Positions 50,124-59,911 of a DNA stretch of 64,000 nt are shown here, piece by piece. Below the pieces are notes generated by a model that was not told where the DNA came from, ran no database searches, and saw only the letters and a program-made list of their open reading frames with translations. Source of the DNA: an uncultured virus (IMG/VR IMGVR_UViG_3300030104_003363) (Duplodnaviria; Heunggongvirae; Uroviricota; Caudoviricetes); IMG/VR virus record IMGVR_UViG_3300030104_003363. One strand, 5' to 3'. The first letter of the stretch is position 1. Each line of letters opens with the position of its first letter. The translations under genes and the position numbers were made by a program.

Positions 50124-51572
50124 ATGAGCAGCCTAATATCAATGGCAAGGTATCAAGGTGGGTACGACCTCATAGAAAAATACGCTAACGATAGAACTTT
50201 CAAAAGCAACTCCGAGTTTGCTAGGTTTTTGCACGAAGTTGAGCCTCAATGCTCGGTAAACAGTTGGAGATGTAGAATACAACGATGGGTCAAACAAGGA
50301 AATGACTTTAGGAATGTTGCTATACAAGATGTCTCTGTAAATAAGATAAAAGTTTACTATGATAAGGCAAACGACACTTATTTAACAGTATTAGAAGGTT
50401 TAGGCGGTCAAATGATTGCTATTGATGGTGATAAGCATAGAAACATGAAAAAAGATTACTCGGATGACGGTAACGGACTTACTATAACAGATTTGTCAAG
50501 AAAGTACGGATTACCTACTGGATGGGTAAAAGAATATGTAAAGGCAAACGAGTGGAATCACGGTATGGATATTTTTACCGACGAAGAAGTTATGCAAAAG
50601 ACAACAGATGACTTAGTTAAGGAAACTCTTGCTGTTAGACGTATGCAAGTAGCAGAGAAAGCAGAAAGTAAGCGTTGGGCGGAAATAGAAAAGGATGCTA
50701 ACTCATATAGAGCATTTAGCGAAACAATTCTTGATGAGTTCCGTAGTTTAATCCCAAAAGTAAAAACAAGTACGAAAAACAGAATCAAAATGACGGAAAA
50801 CGGTAATTACGCAGTAGTTATTTCTCCAACAGACTTACACTACGGTAAATATGGGTGGAAAGACGAGGTTGGTGAGGAGTATGACCTTGACGAAGCACGT
50901 TCAAGACTAATTGACAGAACTAACAACCTAATTTCAAGATTACCTAGTAGACCGGAAAAGATTATAGTAACTGCGGGTTCTGATTGGTTTCACATAGATA
51001 ATGACGTAGGCACTACTACAAAAGGTACACCACAAGATATGGCTGCATCTCCGGCACAGATTCTTATGGGTGGTTGTGAGTTAGCGAGAGAACATATCGA
51101 AATGCTTCGTGCTGTTTCTCCTGTACAAGTAGTATTTATGTGTGGTAATCACGACAGACACAGTAATTTTGCTTTGATGATGTATTTATCTGCACTTTAT
51201 GAGAATACAGACGATGTAGAAGTTATTGTTAGTCCGTACCCTCGACAGTATATAAAATACGGAAACTCTTTGTTAGGTTTTACTCATGGTGATGGTGTTA
51301 GAGGTAATGACTTACCTGCACTTATGGCTACCGAAGAAAGACAGGCATGGGGGCAGAGAGAACACCACTATTGGTTTCACGGACATTTACATCATATGAG
51401 ATTAACAGAAAAAGCCGGATGTACCGTAATACAACTACCTAGTTTAGCAGGGCATGATAGATACCACGCTAGAAAAGGTTATGTTCTTGCTAGGGCAGGG
51501 ATATGCGCCCACATTATAGATAAAGACTTAGGGCTTGTAGGCAATTTGTTTTCTCCGGTGGTGCATGAGTAA
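50124..51572 (+). CDS. Calcineurin-like metallophosphoesterase with N-terminal HTH-like region
   Basis: DLHYG, GSD..H, GNHD, HGD, GHLH. Confidence 0.85.
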   Translation: MSSLISMARYQGGYDLIEKYANDRTFKSNSEFARFLHEVEPQCSVNSWRCRIQRWVKQGNDFRNVAIQDVSVNKIKVYYDKANDTYLTVLEGLGGQMIAIDGDKHRNMKKDYSDDGNGLTITDLSRKYGLPTGWVKEYVKANEWNHGMDIFTDEEVMQKTTDDLVKETLAVRRMQVAEKAESKRWAEIEKDANSYRAFSETILDEFRSLIPKVKTSTKNRIKMTENGNYAVVISPTDLHYGKYGWKDEVGEEYDLDEARSRLIDRTNNLISRLPSRPEKIIVTAGSDWFHIDNDVGTTTKGTPQDMAASPAQILMGGCELAREHIEMLRAVSPVQVVFMCGNHDRHSNFALMMYLSALYENTDDVEVIVSPYPRQYIKYGNSLLGFTHGDGVRGNDLPALMATEERQAWGQREHHYWFHGHLHHMRLTEKAGCTVIQLPSLAGHDRYHARKGYVLARAGICAHIIDKDLGLVGNLFSPVVHE

Positions 51573-51688
51573 TGTGGGTTTCTGCTAGATGTCGTACTTG
51601 CGGGTGGGCTACTAACAGAATGATGAAAAGTAAAGCAGTAACAGGTATATGTCCACATTGTAATAAAAAAGACTTACATCCGAGGTAA
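51572..51688 (+). CDS. 38-aa Zn-ribbon microprotein (not in ORF track)
   Basis: CRTC...CPHC; TAATG overlap with upstream stop. Confidence 0.65.
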   Translation: MWVSARCRTCGWATNRMMKSKAVTGICPHCNKKDLHPR

Positions 51689-51692
51689 TTGT

Positions 51693-53204
51693 ATGGGTAC
51701 ATTTAACACTAATTTTTCTATGGAACGTAGTCGTAACGACGTAGAATATTTCTACAAGTGGTTAGGCTACACATGGGGAGAACACATAGGTGAGTGGATA
51801 GATATGTATGGCGATAACCATGACAATTCTTCTGTACATCGTGTTTGTATTATTGCACCGAGGGACCACAGTAAATCTACTACTTTAAGGGTAAAACTAT
51901 TACACATGGCTCTTTTTGAACAATGGCGTAACAAACCCTTTACTTGTTGGTTGTTTTCTGCTAGTAAGGACTTGGCTGTAAGAAGATTAGAAGAAATAAG
52001 GGAGGATATGAAAAGACATCCTCAATTGTCTAGGTATCTTGACCCTAAAAGGGGTAACAAACTAGAAATACGTTTTACTAATGGTGCATGGATTCGTGCT
52101 ACCTCAGTTGGTGCGGCTATTCGTGGAGAACACCCTGCGGCTATTGCATTTGATGACGTACTTGATGATATGGGCGATATGAACTGGAATGGTATAGCAC
52201 AATGGTTTAGAAAAAAGATTACACCTATGTTAAGTCCCGGCACAGCGATTTTCGTAGTAGGCACACCTATGAGTATGAATGATTTGTATCATACAGAGAT
52301 GTTAGAAAACAAAACATGGAAATCGGGTACATGGTCTGCTATTCCTAATTGGGATGAGTACAAAGCCGACCCCGAAAACGTAAAACCGAAGGAATTATGG
52401 TCTGAGTATAGACCAATTAAGTTTTTGTTAGAGCAGAAAGAGGCTATGGGTGAATTGTCTTTTGTACAGGAATATTTGTGTAAGGTAGTAGATGACGAGG
52501 CTAGTGTGTTTCCTAGAATGCTAATTAGAAAAAATCTTGACATGGATGCTATATTGCAGGTAGATAAGATGGATGGTTACAGATATGTAATAGGGTTTGA
52601 CCCTGCACACGGTTTAGGGCAAGATTATAGCGTTATGATATGTTTGAAACAAGATGACGAAGGTTATATTCACTTTGTAGATATGTGGAGAAGAAATGAC
52701 TTCCCACCGGATAAACAAGCAGATATGTTGATAGAGTGGAGTAAACGCTATGGTAACTGCCCCATAGCAGTTGAGGATGTAGGTTTTCAACAAATGTACG
52801 AAAGTTTGCTTGCACAAAAAGGTGCGGTAGTAGATTATCGGGCTAGTAAGGTTGGCAACAGGACTTTAAAGCAAGGTTTACTAAATAGGCTTAGAGTTTG
52901 GTTTGAAAGGGAAATGATAGTATTCCCCTTTGGTAACGATGCTACTAGAACAAAAGTAGGTATATTGTTACAAGAATTAGAAACCCATGCATGGCGTGAT
53001 GGGTTAATTGTAGATTTAGGTAAGCATAACGATACAGTTATGGCTTTTGCACACGCCATAGACCAATTCACATATAGAACACCGGATATGCCTGTAATTA
53101 TGAAAACCATGAAAGGTGGTGATTGGTTAGGCGGTGAAATACAAATGCAGCGTAGAGACAGGCATGGTATTGGTGGCAAAGTGATAGATAGGAGAGGATG
53201 GTAA
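51693..53204 (+). CDS. terL: Terminase large subunit
   Basis: APRDHSKST Walker A, IRGEH..IAFDD, VGTP, IGFDPA, HND.VMA. Confidence 0.93.
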   Translation: MGTFNTNFSMERSRNDVEYFYKWLGYTWGEHIGEWIDMYGDNHDNSSVHRVCIIAPRDHSKSTTLRVKLLHMALFEQWRNKPFTCWLFSASKDLAVRRLEEIREDMKRHPQLSRYLDPKRGNKLEIRFTNGAWIRATSVGAAIRGEHPAAIAFDDVLDDMGDMNWNGIAQWFRKKITPMLSPGTAIFVVGTPMSMNDLYHTEMLENKTWKSGTWSAIPNWDEYKADPENVKPKELWSEYRPIKFLLEQKEAMGELSFVQEYLCKVVDDEASVFPRMLIRKNLDMDAILQVDKMDGYRYVIGFDPAHGLGQDYSVMICLKQDDEGYIHFVDMWRRNDFPPDKQADMLIEWSKRYGNCPIAVEDVGFQQMYESLLAQKGAVVDYRASKVGNRTLKQGLLNRLRVWFEREMIVFPFGNDATRTKVGILLQELETHAWRDGLIVDLGKHNDTVMAFAHAIDQFTYRTPDMPVIMKTMKGGDWLGGEIQMQRRDRHGIGGKVIDRRGW

Positions 53205-53483
53205 GTGAAGAAGCGATATAACAAACAAAACCCCGAAATAAGAAGGCATGGACCAAAAAGCAAAAAAATTGTCTATAAGGAATCTATTGATAAAGTAATG
53301 GATGAAGGATATTTAGACGATTGGAAAACATCAGAAGAAATTGCGTGGAAAGCAAATAAATATGTAAGTAATTATTGGACACCACTTTCTAGGAATATAG
53401 TCCCAACGTACTTGAAGCGTACTAACCAAGTAAAATGGCGTAGGAAACCCGGCGCACATAAACTTGAGTGGAAAAAAATGTAA
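53205..53483 (+). CDS. Small basic winged-helix-like protein
   Basis: WKTSEEIA...IVPTYLKR. Confidence 0.5.
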   Translation: MKKRYNKQNPEIRRHGPKSKKIVYKESIDKVMDEGYLDDWKTSEEIAWKANKYVSNYWTPLSRNIVPTYLKRTNQVKWRRKPGAHKLEWKKM

Positions 53484-53659
53484 AAAAATATTTTTCAAAA
53501 AAATTATAAAAAATTGTGAGAGGGGGTTGGCGGTGTAATACGGCGACCTATATCTGACTTTTGGAAGAGAGAAAAGTGTATTTTTGGCCTAAAATCGCAC
53601 ATTTTTAGGTGAGAATCAAAATCATACATACTATATAGTAACGCTATCTAGGTAATGGC

Positions 53660-54808
53660 ATGGAGCAAAATCTGATGTATTTTGTAATTAGGCCTAACGA
53701 CGAACGCCCTCTATCCATAGAGGAAGAAGGAGAGTCAAAGACTCTTCTTGATGTGGTAAATACTCTCGGTATTACTACATCAAAAGGAGAATCTTTCAAG
53801 CGGTTTTCTTCGATGTTAAAAGCATTAGAGAAACACGGATTTCCTGTCATCGATTTACCTCATATTTCTGCCGGTAAATTAGACCATCTTGAATTAAAGA
53901 TTACACCAGTTAAAAGTAATGCGATTGTTAGTAGTTACAAGACTGACGAACTCAACCGTTCAGTTGACCCCAGTAACAAAAATATTTCAAGATATTCTAA
54001 GCAAGATTTTACTACACAACCTAGAAAGATTTGTCCTTGTAATTTCAATGATGATTATAGAAAAGACTCGACTCATGAAGCACCTAAATGTTACATGATT
54101 CTAGAACCAAATAGTAACCCAACCGAAGAGAAATATATCTCTAGAGGTTCAAAGTGTAGAAACACAATGTCATCACTAGAATATTACCAGTTAAAGACAT
54201 ACTTTACGAGTTCTATTATCGGTCATTATTGGAATATTATTAATGTCCCGACAATGGTATTCAAGAGAGGTGATTTCGACAAAGCAAGAGATTCAAAACT
54301 TAATCTTAGAATCGGCAACGGAGAATCATTTCAATCGGACTTTTACAGTAATAACAAAGACTTCCGAGATACAGTAGACGGTATCTGTAAAGACTGCAAT
54401 TCTCAAGGGTTTCAATGTGTTACAAAACAGAAGAAAAACGGCAACAAAGAAGTCTTAGGGACTATGCTACTGGCTCAACTAAATTATCATGGTTGGTATT
54501 CAGAAACTTACGACATGGTTGGTCTAGGTCAATCATGGAATCAACCAAAGTACTTACAGAAATTATCTACCGGAGAAATCAGAAGTGTTGATGATTGGAA
54601 TATGCCGGACTTCAAATGCCGACCGACATGGAGATTCACAATCGCAAAGTTCCTTTGTAGAAATGACCCAATGAGTAACGAGCCTCAAGTGAGATATGGT
54701 TGGGTCAAATATGTACCAACTGATGCTATGAACAAAGCACTAGATTCAATCAACAATGTATCATCAGAAATGCCATTGTTCGGAGAGGTTGATACAGGAT
54801 ATTATTAG
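53660..54808 (+). CDS. Hypothetical Cys-containing protein (first gene of the early-type region)
   Basis: 382-aa ORF; CTATATAG TATA ~29 nt upstream. Confidence 0.7.
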   Translation: MEQNLMYFVIRPNDERPLSIEEEGESKTLLDVVNTLGITTSKGESFKRFSSMLKALEKHGFPVIDLPHISAGKLDHLELKITPVKSNAIVSSYKTDELNRSVDPSNKNISRYSKQDFTTQPRKICPCNFNDDYRKDSTHEAPKCYMILEPNSNPTEEKYISRGSKCRNTMSSLEYYQLKTYFTSSIIGHYWNIINVPTMVFKRGDFDKARDSKLNLRIGNGESFQSDFYSNNKDFRDTVDGICKDCNSQGFQCVTKQKKNGNKEVLGTMLLAQLNYHGWYSETYDMVGLGQSWNQPKYLQKLSTGEIRSVDDWNMPDFKCRPTWRFTIAKFLCRNDPMSNEPQVRYGWVKYVPTDAMNKALDSINNVSSEMPLFGEVDTGYY

Positions 54809-54814
54809 ATGTAA

Positions 54815-54850
54815 AGGGGGTTAGGGGTCGTCAAGACCTCTAGCCTCTCT
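54815..54850 (+). other. RNA hairpin, ~13-bp stem
   Basis: GGGGTTAGGGGTC-GTCAA-GACCTCTAGCCTC right after the stop; no T-tract. Confidence 0.6.
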
Positions 54851-54877
54851 TAAAACATCACAATAGGGGGTAAAAAC

Positions 54878-55105
54878 ATGAAGATAAATGATAACACACT
54901 AAACGGAGATATAATCATAGTGAAATATGTTTACAAATCTGATAAATCTACATCATGGATTCGGGTATTTATTGACTTCGAGAATTATTTTGATTGTGTA
55001 GATTCTAAAGATAAAATAATACTTTCACAAGAAAGAAAATCGAACATATATGGCACATGGATTCAGAATAATATTATTGGAAGGATTGACAATGAAGAGA
55101 GATAA
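54878..55105 (+). CDS. Hypothetical protein
   Basis: ORF track; GGGGGT SD. Confidence 0.55.
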   Translation: MKINDNTLNGDIIIVKYVYKSDKSTSWIRVFIDFENYFDCVDSKDKIILSQERKSNIYGTWIQNNIIGRIDNEER

Positions 55106-55194
55106 GATAATTGCTGTAATAAGTAATGACGAAGAAGGTTGGGAATTAACCTTTACAGACATTGATTATTTATGCTAAATGGAGATGATGACGA

Positions 55195-55560
55195 ATGAAG
55201 AATGAAAGCGAGAAATTAGGAGACAACCTAATCAAAAACAGTCATGGAAAGGGGGGTGATATGCTAATGACTAACAAAAGACCAACATACCGAATAACAA
55301 CCTATGAAGATGCTGAAAATCTAGTGAATCCAACTCATAAAGAACATAATGGAGATTTATATGCAGTTGTAAATATCTTAGATTTAGAAAAGAGACTTGC
55401 TAAATGCAAAAAACATTGGAATAAAAGTCTTGGACAAAAAAGGACAGGTAAAAAAGATTATGTTATATTTTACTTTGATAAAATGTCACATCTTCAAGGA
55501 TGTAAATCAGATGACGAGGATATTCAATTAGGTGATTTTATACTTTCGGGTGAAAAGTAA
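55195..55560 (+). CDS. Hypothetical protein (start may be 55261)
   Basis: ORF track; GGGGTGA SD before 55261. Confidence 0.55.
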   Translation: MKNESEKLGDNLIKNSHGKGGDMLMTNKRPTYRITTYEDAENLVNPTHKEHNGDLYAVVNILDLEKRLAKCKKHWNKSLGQKRTGKKDYVIFYFDKMSHLQGCKSDDEDIQLGDFILSGEK

Positions 55561-55628
55561 ATATGGATATTAGACGGATTTACAAAAGACTTCTATGGAT
55601 ATATTCATAGAAGTTTAGAGCATAAATT

Positions 55629-55670
55629 AGGTCGGCCACCAAATTGGTGGTCGGCCTTTTTTTTATTTTT
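55629..55670 (+). terminator. Hairpin plus T-tract terminator
   Basis: AGGTCGGCCACCA-AAT-TGGTGGTCGGCCT followed by a T run. Confidence 0.75.
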
Positions 55671-55865
55671 ACAAAGGGGCTACCCTACAAAATAATTTTA
55701 TTTTTTTTCTGTTGTGCTACCCTACAAAATATTAGCCTACAAAATATTACCCTACAAAACTTTAACCTACAAAACTTTAACCTACAAAAGTCTGAGAGAA
55801 TCTAAAATCTAAAAATGTTTTCAAAAACTAAGATTTCAAACCCTACAAAATAAAGTAAATTATCC

Positions 55866-55897
55866 AAAAAAAGAAGGGGACTAGCCCCAACTTTTTT
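55866..55897 (-). terminator. Short hairpin flanked by A/T tracts
   Basis: AAAAAAGAAGGGGACTAGCCCCAACTTTTTTT directly after the 55898 stop. Confidence 0.55.
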
Positions 55898-56431
55898 TCA
55901 AATATCCGATGCAAACTTTAGCATCTCTTCCGGCACTTTTCTGAATAATAACCATTGTCCAGAATCTCTGGATTTCATAACCCAATATCCAGCAGCCTTA
56001 ATATCTGCTTTATTTTCTCTCCATTCATCCCAGAATGCTTTATCATTGATATGGCCGTACCAGACCGTTCTACGGCGACTCATTTTCATGGTAATACCAA
56101 ATGCTTCCATATTAGTAAACACCGGCCTAGCCGAGTCGTATTGCTTAATTTTAGCACCTTTATCACCTAGTTTGTCTCTGATTGCTTGTGCTTTTACTTT
56201 TGCCTCAGTTTTATTGTGTGCTAGGTTCTGAATAAAGGATGAAGTATGGAAGTAACCATATGCACCTCTAATCAATCTATCAATGTACAGGGTGTAGTAT
56301 TGTTCTTTATCACCTGTTCTACATACATAGTATGTAGCCTCAATTTTGGGTTTTTGCGTTTTAGGGCTTGCGTCATCAAGTTTAGCGGCCTGTAGTAATA
56401 ATACTAGACCTAGTAGGATTCCAACCAACAT
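55898..56431 (-). CDS. Hypothetical protein with N-terminal signal/TM segment
   Basis: MLVGILLGLVLLLQAA; TATATATA promoter and downstream terminator. Confidence 0.7.
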   Translation of the reverse strand: MLVGILLGLVLLLQAAKLDDASPKTQKPKIEATYYVCRTGDKEQYYTLYIDRLIRGAYGYFHTSSFIQNLAHNKTEAKVKAQAIRDKLGDKGAKIKQYDSARPVFTNMEAFGITMKMSRRRTVWYGHINDKAFWDEWRENKADIKAAGYWVMKSRDSGQWLLFRKVPEEMLKFASDI

Positions 56432-56643
56432 GATTCATACGAAGTGGTATTAGTATATATATATTATTGGTTATTAGGATAATATTTTGTAGGGTTAGGT
56501 TTCTATTATACTGCGTATGTCATCCCTACAAAATCTTATGTAGCATATTAGGTCAAACAACATAGGTCAACCCTACAAAATATGGGTCAACCCTACAAAA
56601 AAATGAGGGCGGGGTGTTGCAGCACCCCAACCCTACAAAAGAT

Positions 56644-56781
56644 TTATTGCGTTATTTTACGGTAACGAGCCGCCCCATTTTGATACCCTACAAAAGAGTA
56701 TTTTTTTGGGCATGGGTAGCCCCATTCATTCTTATTTTTCTTACTTAGCCTATCCGCTTTAACTGTACCTTTTAAGGACAT
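56644..56781 (-). CDS. 45-aa basic protein (not in ORF track)
   Basis: MSLKGTVKADRLSKKNKNEWGYPCPKKYSFVGYQNGAARYRKITQ; promoter matches that of 56431; GGGGTG/CACCCC hairpin plus T-tract downstream. Confidence 0.6.
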   Translation of the reverse strand: MSLKGTVKADRLSKKNKNEWGYPCPKKYSFVGYQNGAARYRKITQ

Positions 56782-57579
56782 ATTTTACTCTAGTCGTGTT
56801 TTGCTTATAGTATTATTGGTAATCTATCTCTTTATTTTGTAGGGTGTTGTAATATTCCCTAGTATTGTCTCCTACAAAACAATATGTATGGATTTTATTT
56901 TGTGTCCTCTAAGTATAGGGGTTTCATGCCCTAAAAAATCAACCCTACAAAATAATAATAAGTGTAATTTTTACACTAAGTGTTGTGAATAACACCGAAT
57001 AACCCTACAAAATAAGTTTTTTTAGCAAAAAAACCCTACAAAATATTGAGCCGTAAAAAGGTAGTATTTATATAGGTAAACAGCATCTCATCACGGATAT
57101 TTAGTTTTGCGGGATTATTTTGTAGGGGTAAAATAACATGGCCGGATTTGACACACAGTCGAGCGTGTAAAATAAAAACCCTACAAAATAAAAAAAACGC
57201 TGTACTGCGGCGGTGCAAAAAGTAAACCTGAGATTTTTTCCCTACAAAATAAAACCTACAAAAGATTTTCCTACATTCATTTATCCACAATTATTTTGTA
57301 GGGGTTTTCCGAAGTCAAAAAGTTACTTAGTGTAAAAACTACACCGAGTGTCAAAAATCACACCTACTGTTAAACACACACTAAGATATTTTGTAGGGGT
57401 TGGGTACTCTAAAAAATGAAAGACCCTACAAAAGATTAAATAGAAAGATTATTTTTTTGGTAAAACAAAACCCTACAAAAGACAGGCTATAAGATGATGA
57501 AAAATTACAAAAAGTTACCCTACAAAATAAGGAGAATGAGAATAGAAACGCTTATAAAGGGTAACGATATATTCAAATT

Positions 57580-58158
57580 ATGAGTAAAATTAGAAAACCG
57601 TGCAGATACAAACAATGTAAAGGGGTTGTCCATCGTGGAAAATGTCCAGTAGCCTCAAAAAGAGGTTCAAAAGGTGGTAGCACTACCGGCAAATCAAAAG
57701 CGAGAACAGGTTCAAATAATGGTCGATTTACAGGACTTCGAGAATGTGGATGTCCAAAAAGACAACATTTACCTTCTTGTATTCATTCTCAATTAACATT
57801 ACAAAAAGTCAAAATTATTAACGCACATGATTTCAATTATAATGAGAATCTATCACTTGAGATTTACGACCAAAAAATGCAATCTAAGTTTCCAAAGTCA
57901 AAGACTAAAATTAGAATTGCGAGAAAAGAAAATATCCCACTTAAAAGAACTGTGGCAAATTGGGAATTAGAAAATGCCGTCAAGGTAAAATCAATTCCTC
58001 ATTATTCATTCTTAAAATATACGGGCGTGTGTGCCTCATGTGCGTGCGAGAAAAATATCAAAGACGCTCACGTCATACACGTAGACGATATTAAATATAA
58101 ATTACCAAAAGAGCATTATTTCAAGGCTCGAATAATTTGCGACGCTTGCGAAGCATAA
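57580..58158 (+). CDS. Basic Cys/His-rich (multi Zn-finger-like) protein
   Basis: CRYKQC..H..C, CGC..H..C, CASC, CDAC; CTTATAAA TATA upstream. Confidence 0.7.
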   Translation: MSKIRKPCRYKQCKGVVHRGKCPVASKRGSKGGSTTGKSKARTGSNNGRFTGLRECGCPKRQHLPSCIHSQLTLQKVKIINAHDFNYNENLSLEIYDQKMQSKFPKSKTKIRIARKENIPLKRTVANWELENAVKVKSIPHYSFLKYTGVCASCACEKNIKDAHVIHVDDIKYKLPKEHYFKARIICDACEA

Positions 58159-58195
58159 TCGGAGACTCTAAATACTATTAACAAAAGGTGAGAAC

Positions 58196-58300
58196 ATGGA
58201 CAAAAGAGGCGTAAATAACAGAGGTAGAACTCAAAGAATTGTTAATTTGCTTCTTGATGATTCTAAAAGATACGGGAGACAAAGATATGAACAACGATAA
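58196..58300 (+). CDS. 34-aa basic peptide (not in ORF track)
   Basis: ATG exactly 54 nt after the promoter element. Confidence 0.45.
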   Translation: MDKRGVNNRGRTQRIVNLLLDDSKRYGRQRYEQR

Positions 58301-58532
58301 ATATAATGGATGGACAAACAGAGAAACGTGGCTTATTAATCTACATTTTGAGCCAAGAAATCTTAGTGATTTGGATTTCATAAATGATGAGATAATAACT
58401 TATGCTAAAAAAATCCAAGAATTACCTTACGGTATGTTCTTTACAGATTTTCTTGATTTGAGTAAAATCAATTGGTACGAATTAAAAAATCACGTTCAAG
58501 AAAATTATGATGACGCTTGTGAAGCAGAATGA
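58287..58532 (+). CDS. Conserved phage protein (YNGWTNxETW motif)
   Basis: MNNDKYNGWTNRETWLINL; GGAG SD. Confidence 0.7.
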   Translation: MNNDKYNGWTNRETWLINLHFEPRNLSDLDFINDEIITYAKKIQELPYGMFFTDFLDLSKINWYELKNHVQENYDDACEAE

Positions 58533-58872
58533 AAGACTTTAAATAAGATTGACGATAAGATTAAATTGTAAGAAAAACAACGGAGATAAAAAATATGTAT
58601 GAAGATAGCGAATGGCTAAAAGAAATGATTGAAAACACGAAAGCGGGTAAGATTTATTTGGCGGGGTCTGAAAGATGAAAGATTTCCGCCCGACACTTCA
58701 AAGAAGAATTGATTTGAAGAAATCAAATCCGGCCTTGACCCTTTGGGCTAGGCAAAAAATTGATGAACTCGGATTGAATGCCGAGAAATATTAGATTTAC
58801 CAAAAAAGTAAAACTTGCCTTCCGGCATTAGGTTCGGGAGAGGACTTGTTTTGTAGGGTCAAAAAACCTTTC

Positions 58873-58907
58873 GGGGTGCATCCATTCGGGTGCATCCCAC
58901 TTTTTTT
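58873..58907 (+). terminator. Hairpin plus T-tract terminator
   Basis: GGGGTGCATCC-ATTC-GGGTGCATCCC then AC-T7. Confidence 0.7.
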
Positions 58908-59248
58908 ATTTTTATAGCCTATATTTTGTAGGGTTAAAGAGTGATTTTTTTTTATTTCAGATTCAAATATTTTGTAGGGTAGTTACTTCTTCCGCAAAAA
59001 TAATTTTGTAGGGTCGCCCCTTTTTTTGTAGATACATATACCCTACAAAATAATTAAGCCTGTCTTTTGTAGGTTAATTACATTTACAGTAAAACTAAAA
59101 ATCCTACAAAAGATTTCAAATCCAAAAACTAAAACCCTACAAAATAAAACCGTAAAAGAAAAAATAAAACTCAAAAATAAACCCTACAAAATAACGCTTG
59201 TGTAGCAGAATTGAAAGACTTAAATAAAATTACTTTTTGGTGTTAAAT

Positions 59249-59425
59249 ATGCGAACAGAACTAAGAATTGCACTAACGGTTGAGAAAATAAATCAAATTA
59301 GAGAAAGAAATGGTGAATTATTTGCTAAGGGAATTACCAACCTATCAAGTGATGAATTAGAAGAATTAGGCGAATTAATTGATGAACTTGAAAAATTACT
59401 TCATCTACAAAGAAACGGGTTCTGA
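59249..59425 (+). CDS. Small helical protein
   Basis: Leaderless ATG 55 nt after the promoter element. Confidence 0.65.
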   Translation: MRTELRIALTVEKINQIRERNGELFAKGITNLSSDELEELGELIDELEKLLHLQRNGF

Positions 59426-59480
59426 GACGCTTGCGAAGCAGAATCAACAGGTTTAAGTAGTAGGGCGGAGATGGATATAT

Positions 59481-59600
59481 ATGGCGAGAATGGAGAAGAG
59501 AAGCGAACAAACACCGATAGAAGGATTAAAAGTTATAAAAATACAAAGTGGGGCACGAATAAAAAAGTGTCATAATTTGTTGAGGGAGATGGGATTTTAA
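59481..59600 (+). CDS. 39-aa peptide (not in ORF track)
   Basis: Fills the gap between two promoter elements exactly; ATG at +54. Confidence 0.55.
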   Translation: MARMEKRSEQTPIEGLKVIKIQSGARIKKCHNLLREMGF

Positions 59601-59716
59601 CGCTTGCGAAGCAGAATCGTAAGCCTTAAAAGGAATGACTAATTAGTTAGTTTTGTGGGAGAAGTAACCCACACTAAAAAAACATTCGCAAAAAAACAAA
59701 AAAGGAGATAAAAAAA

Positions 59717-59911
59717 ATGAAATATGAAATAGGAATGAAAGTGAGTTTCGGGCGACCGAATGGAGAAAAGACCGAGGGTATTATCACAAAGATAAACCCT
59801 AAAAGCCTCAAGGTGCGAACCTTAGAGAGTCGTGGTAGAGCAGGTAGGTCTGTTCAAGGGACTGTCTGGAAAGTACCGAGAGATGAGAGATACACGAAGG
59901 TGATACAATGA
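59717..59911 (+). CDS. Small SH3/Tudor-like beta-barrel protein
   Basis: YEIGMKVSF...GIITKINPKSLKV...WKVP. Confidence 0.6.
   Translation: MKYEIGMKVSFGRPNGEKTEGIITKINPKSLKVRTLESRGRAGRSVQGTVWKVPRDERYTKVIQ

Noticed and set aside
57281..57289. Perfect DnaA box TTATCCACA
   Set aside because: Single copy, plausible by chance in AT-rich DNA, and the inferred archaeal host would lack DnaA
57036..57290. 84-aa minus-strand ORF
   Set aside because: Built from repeat boxes and T-tracts; no SD or promoter evident
58141..58155. DACEA as a conserved protein C-terminal motif
   Set aside because: Explained by the DNA promoter element, which also occurs outside ORFs
55683..59191. CCTACAAAA array as a CRISPR or mini-CRISPR array
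   Set aside because: Repeat is only 9-10 bp, occurs on both strands and has irregular spacing; the Cas4-like gene is 39 kb away in a replication context with no other cas genes
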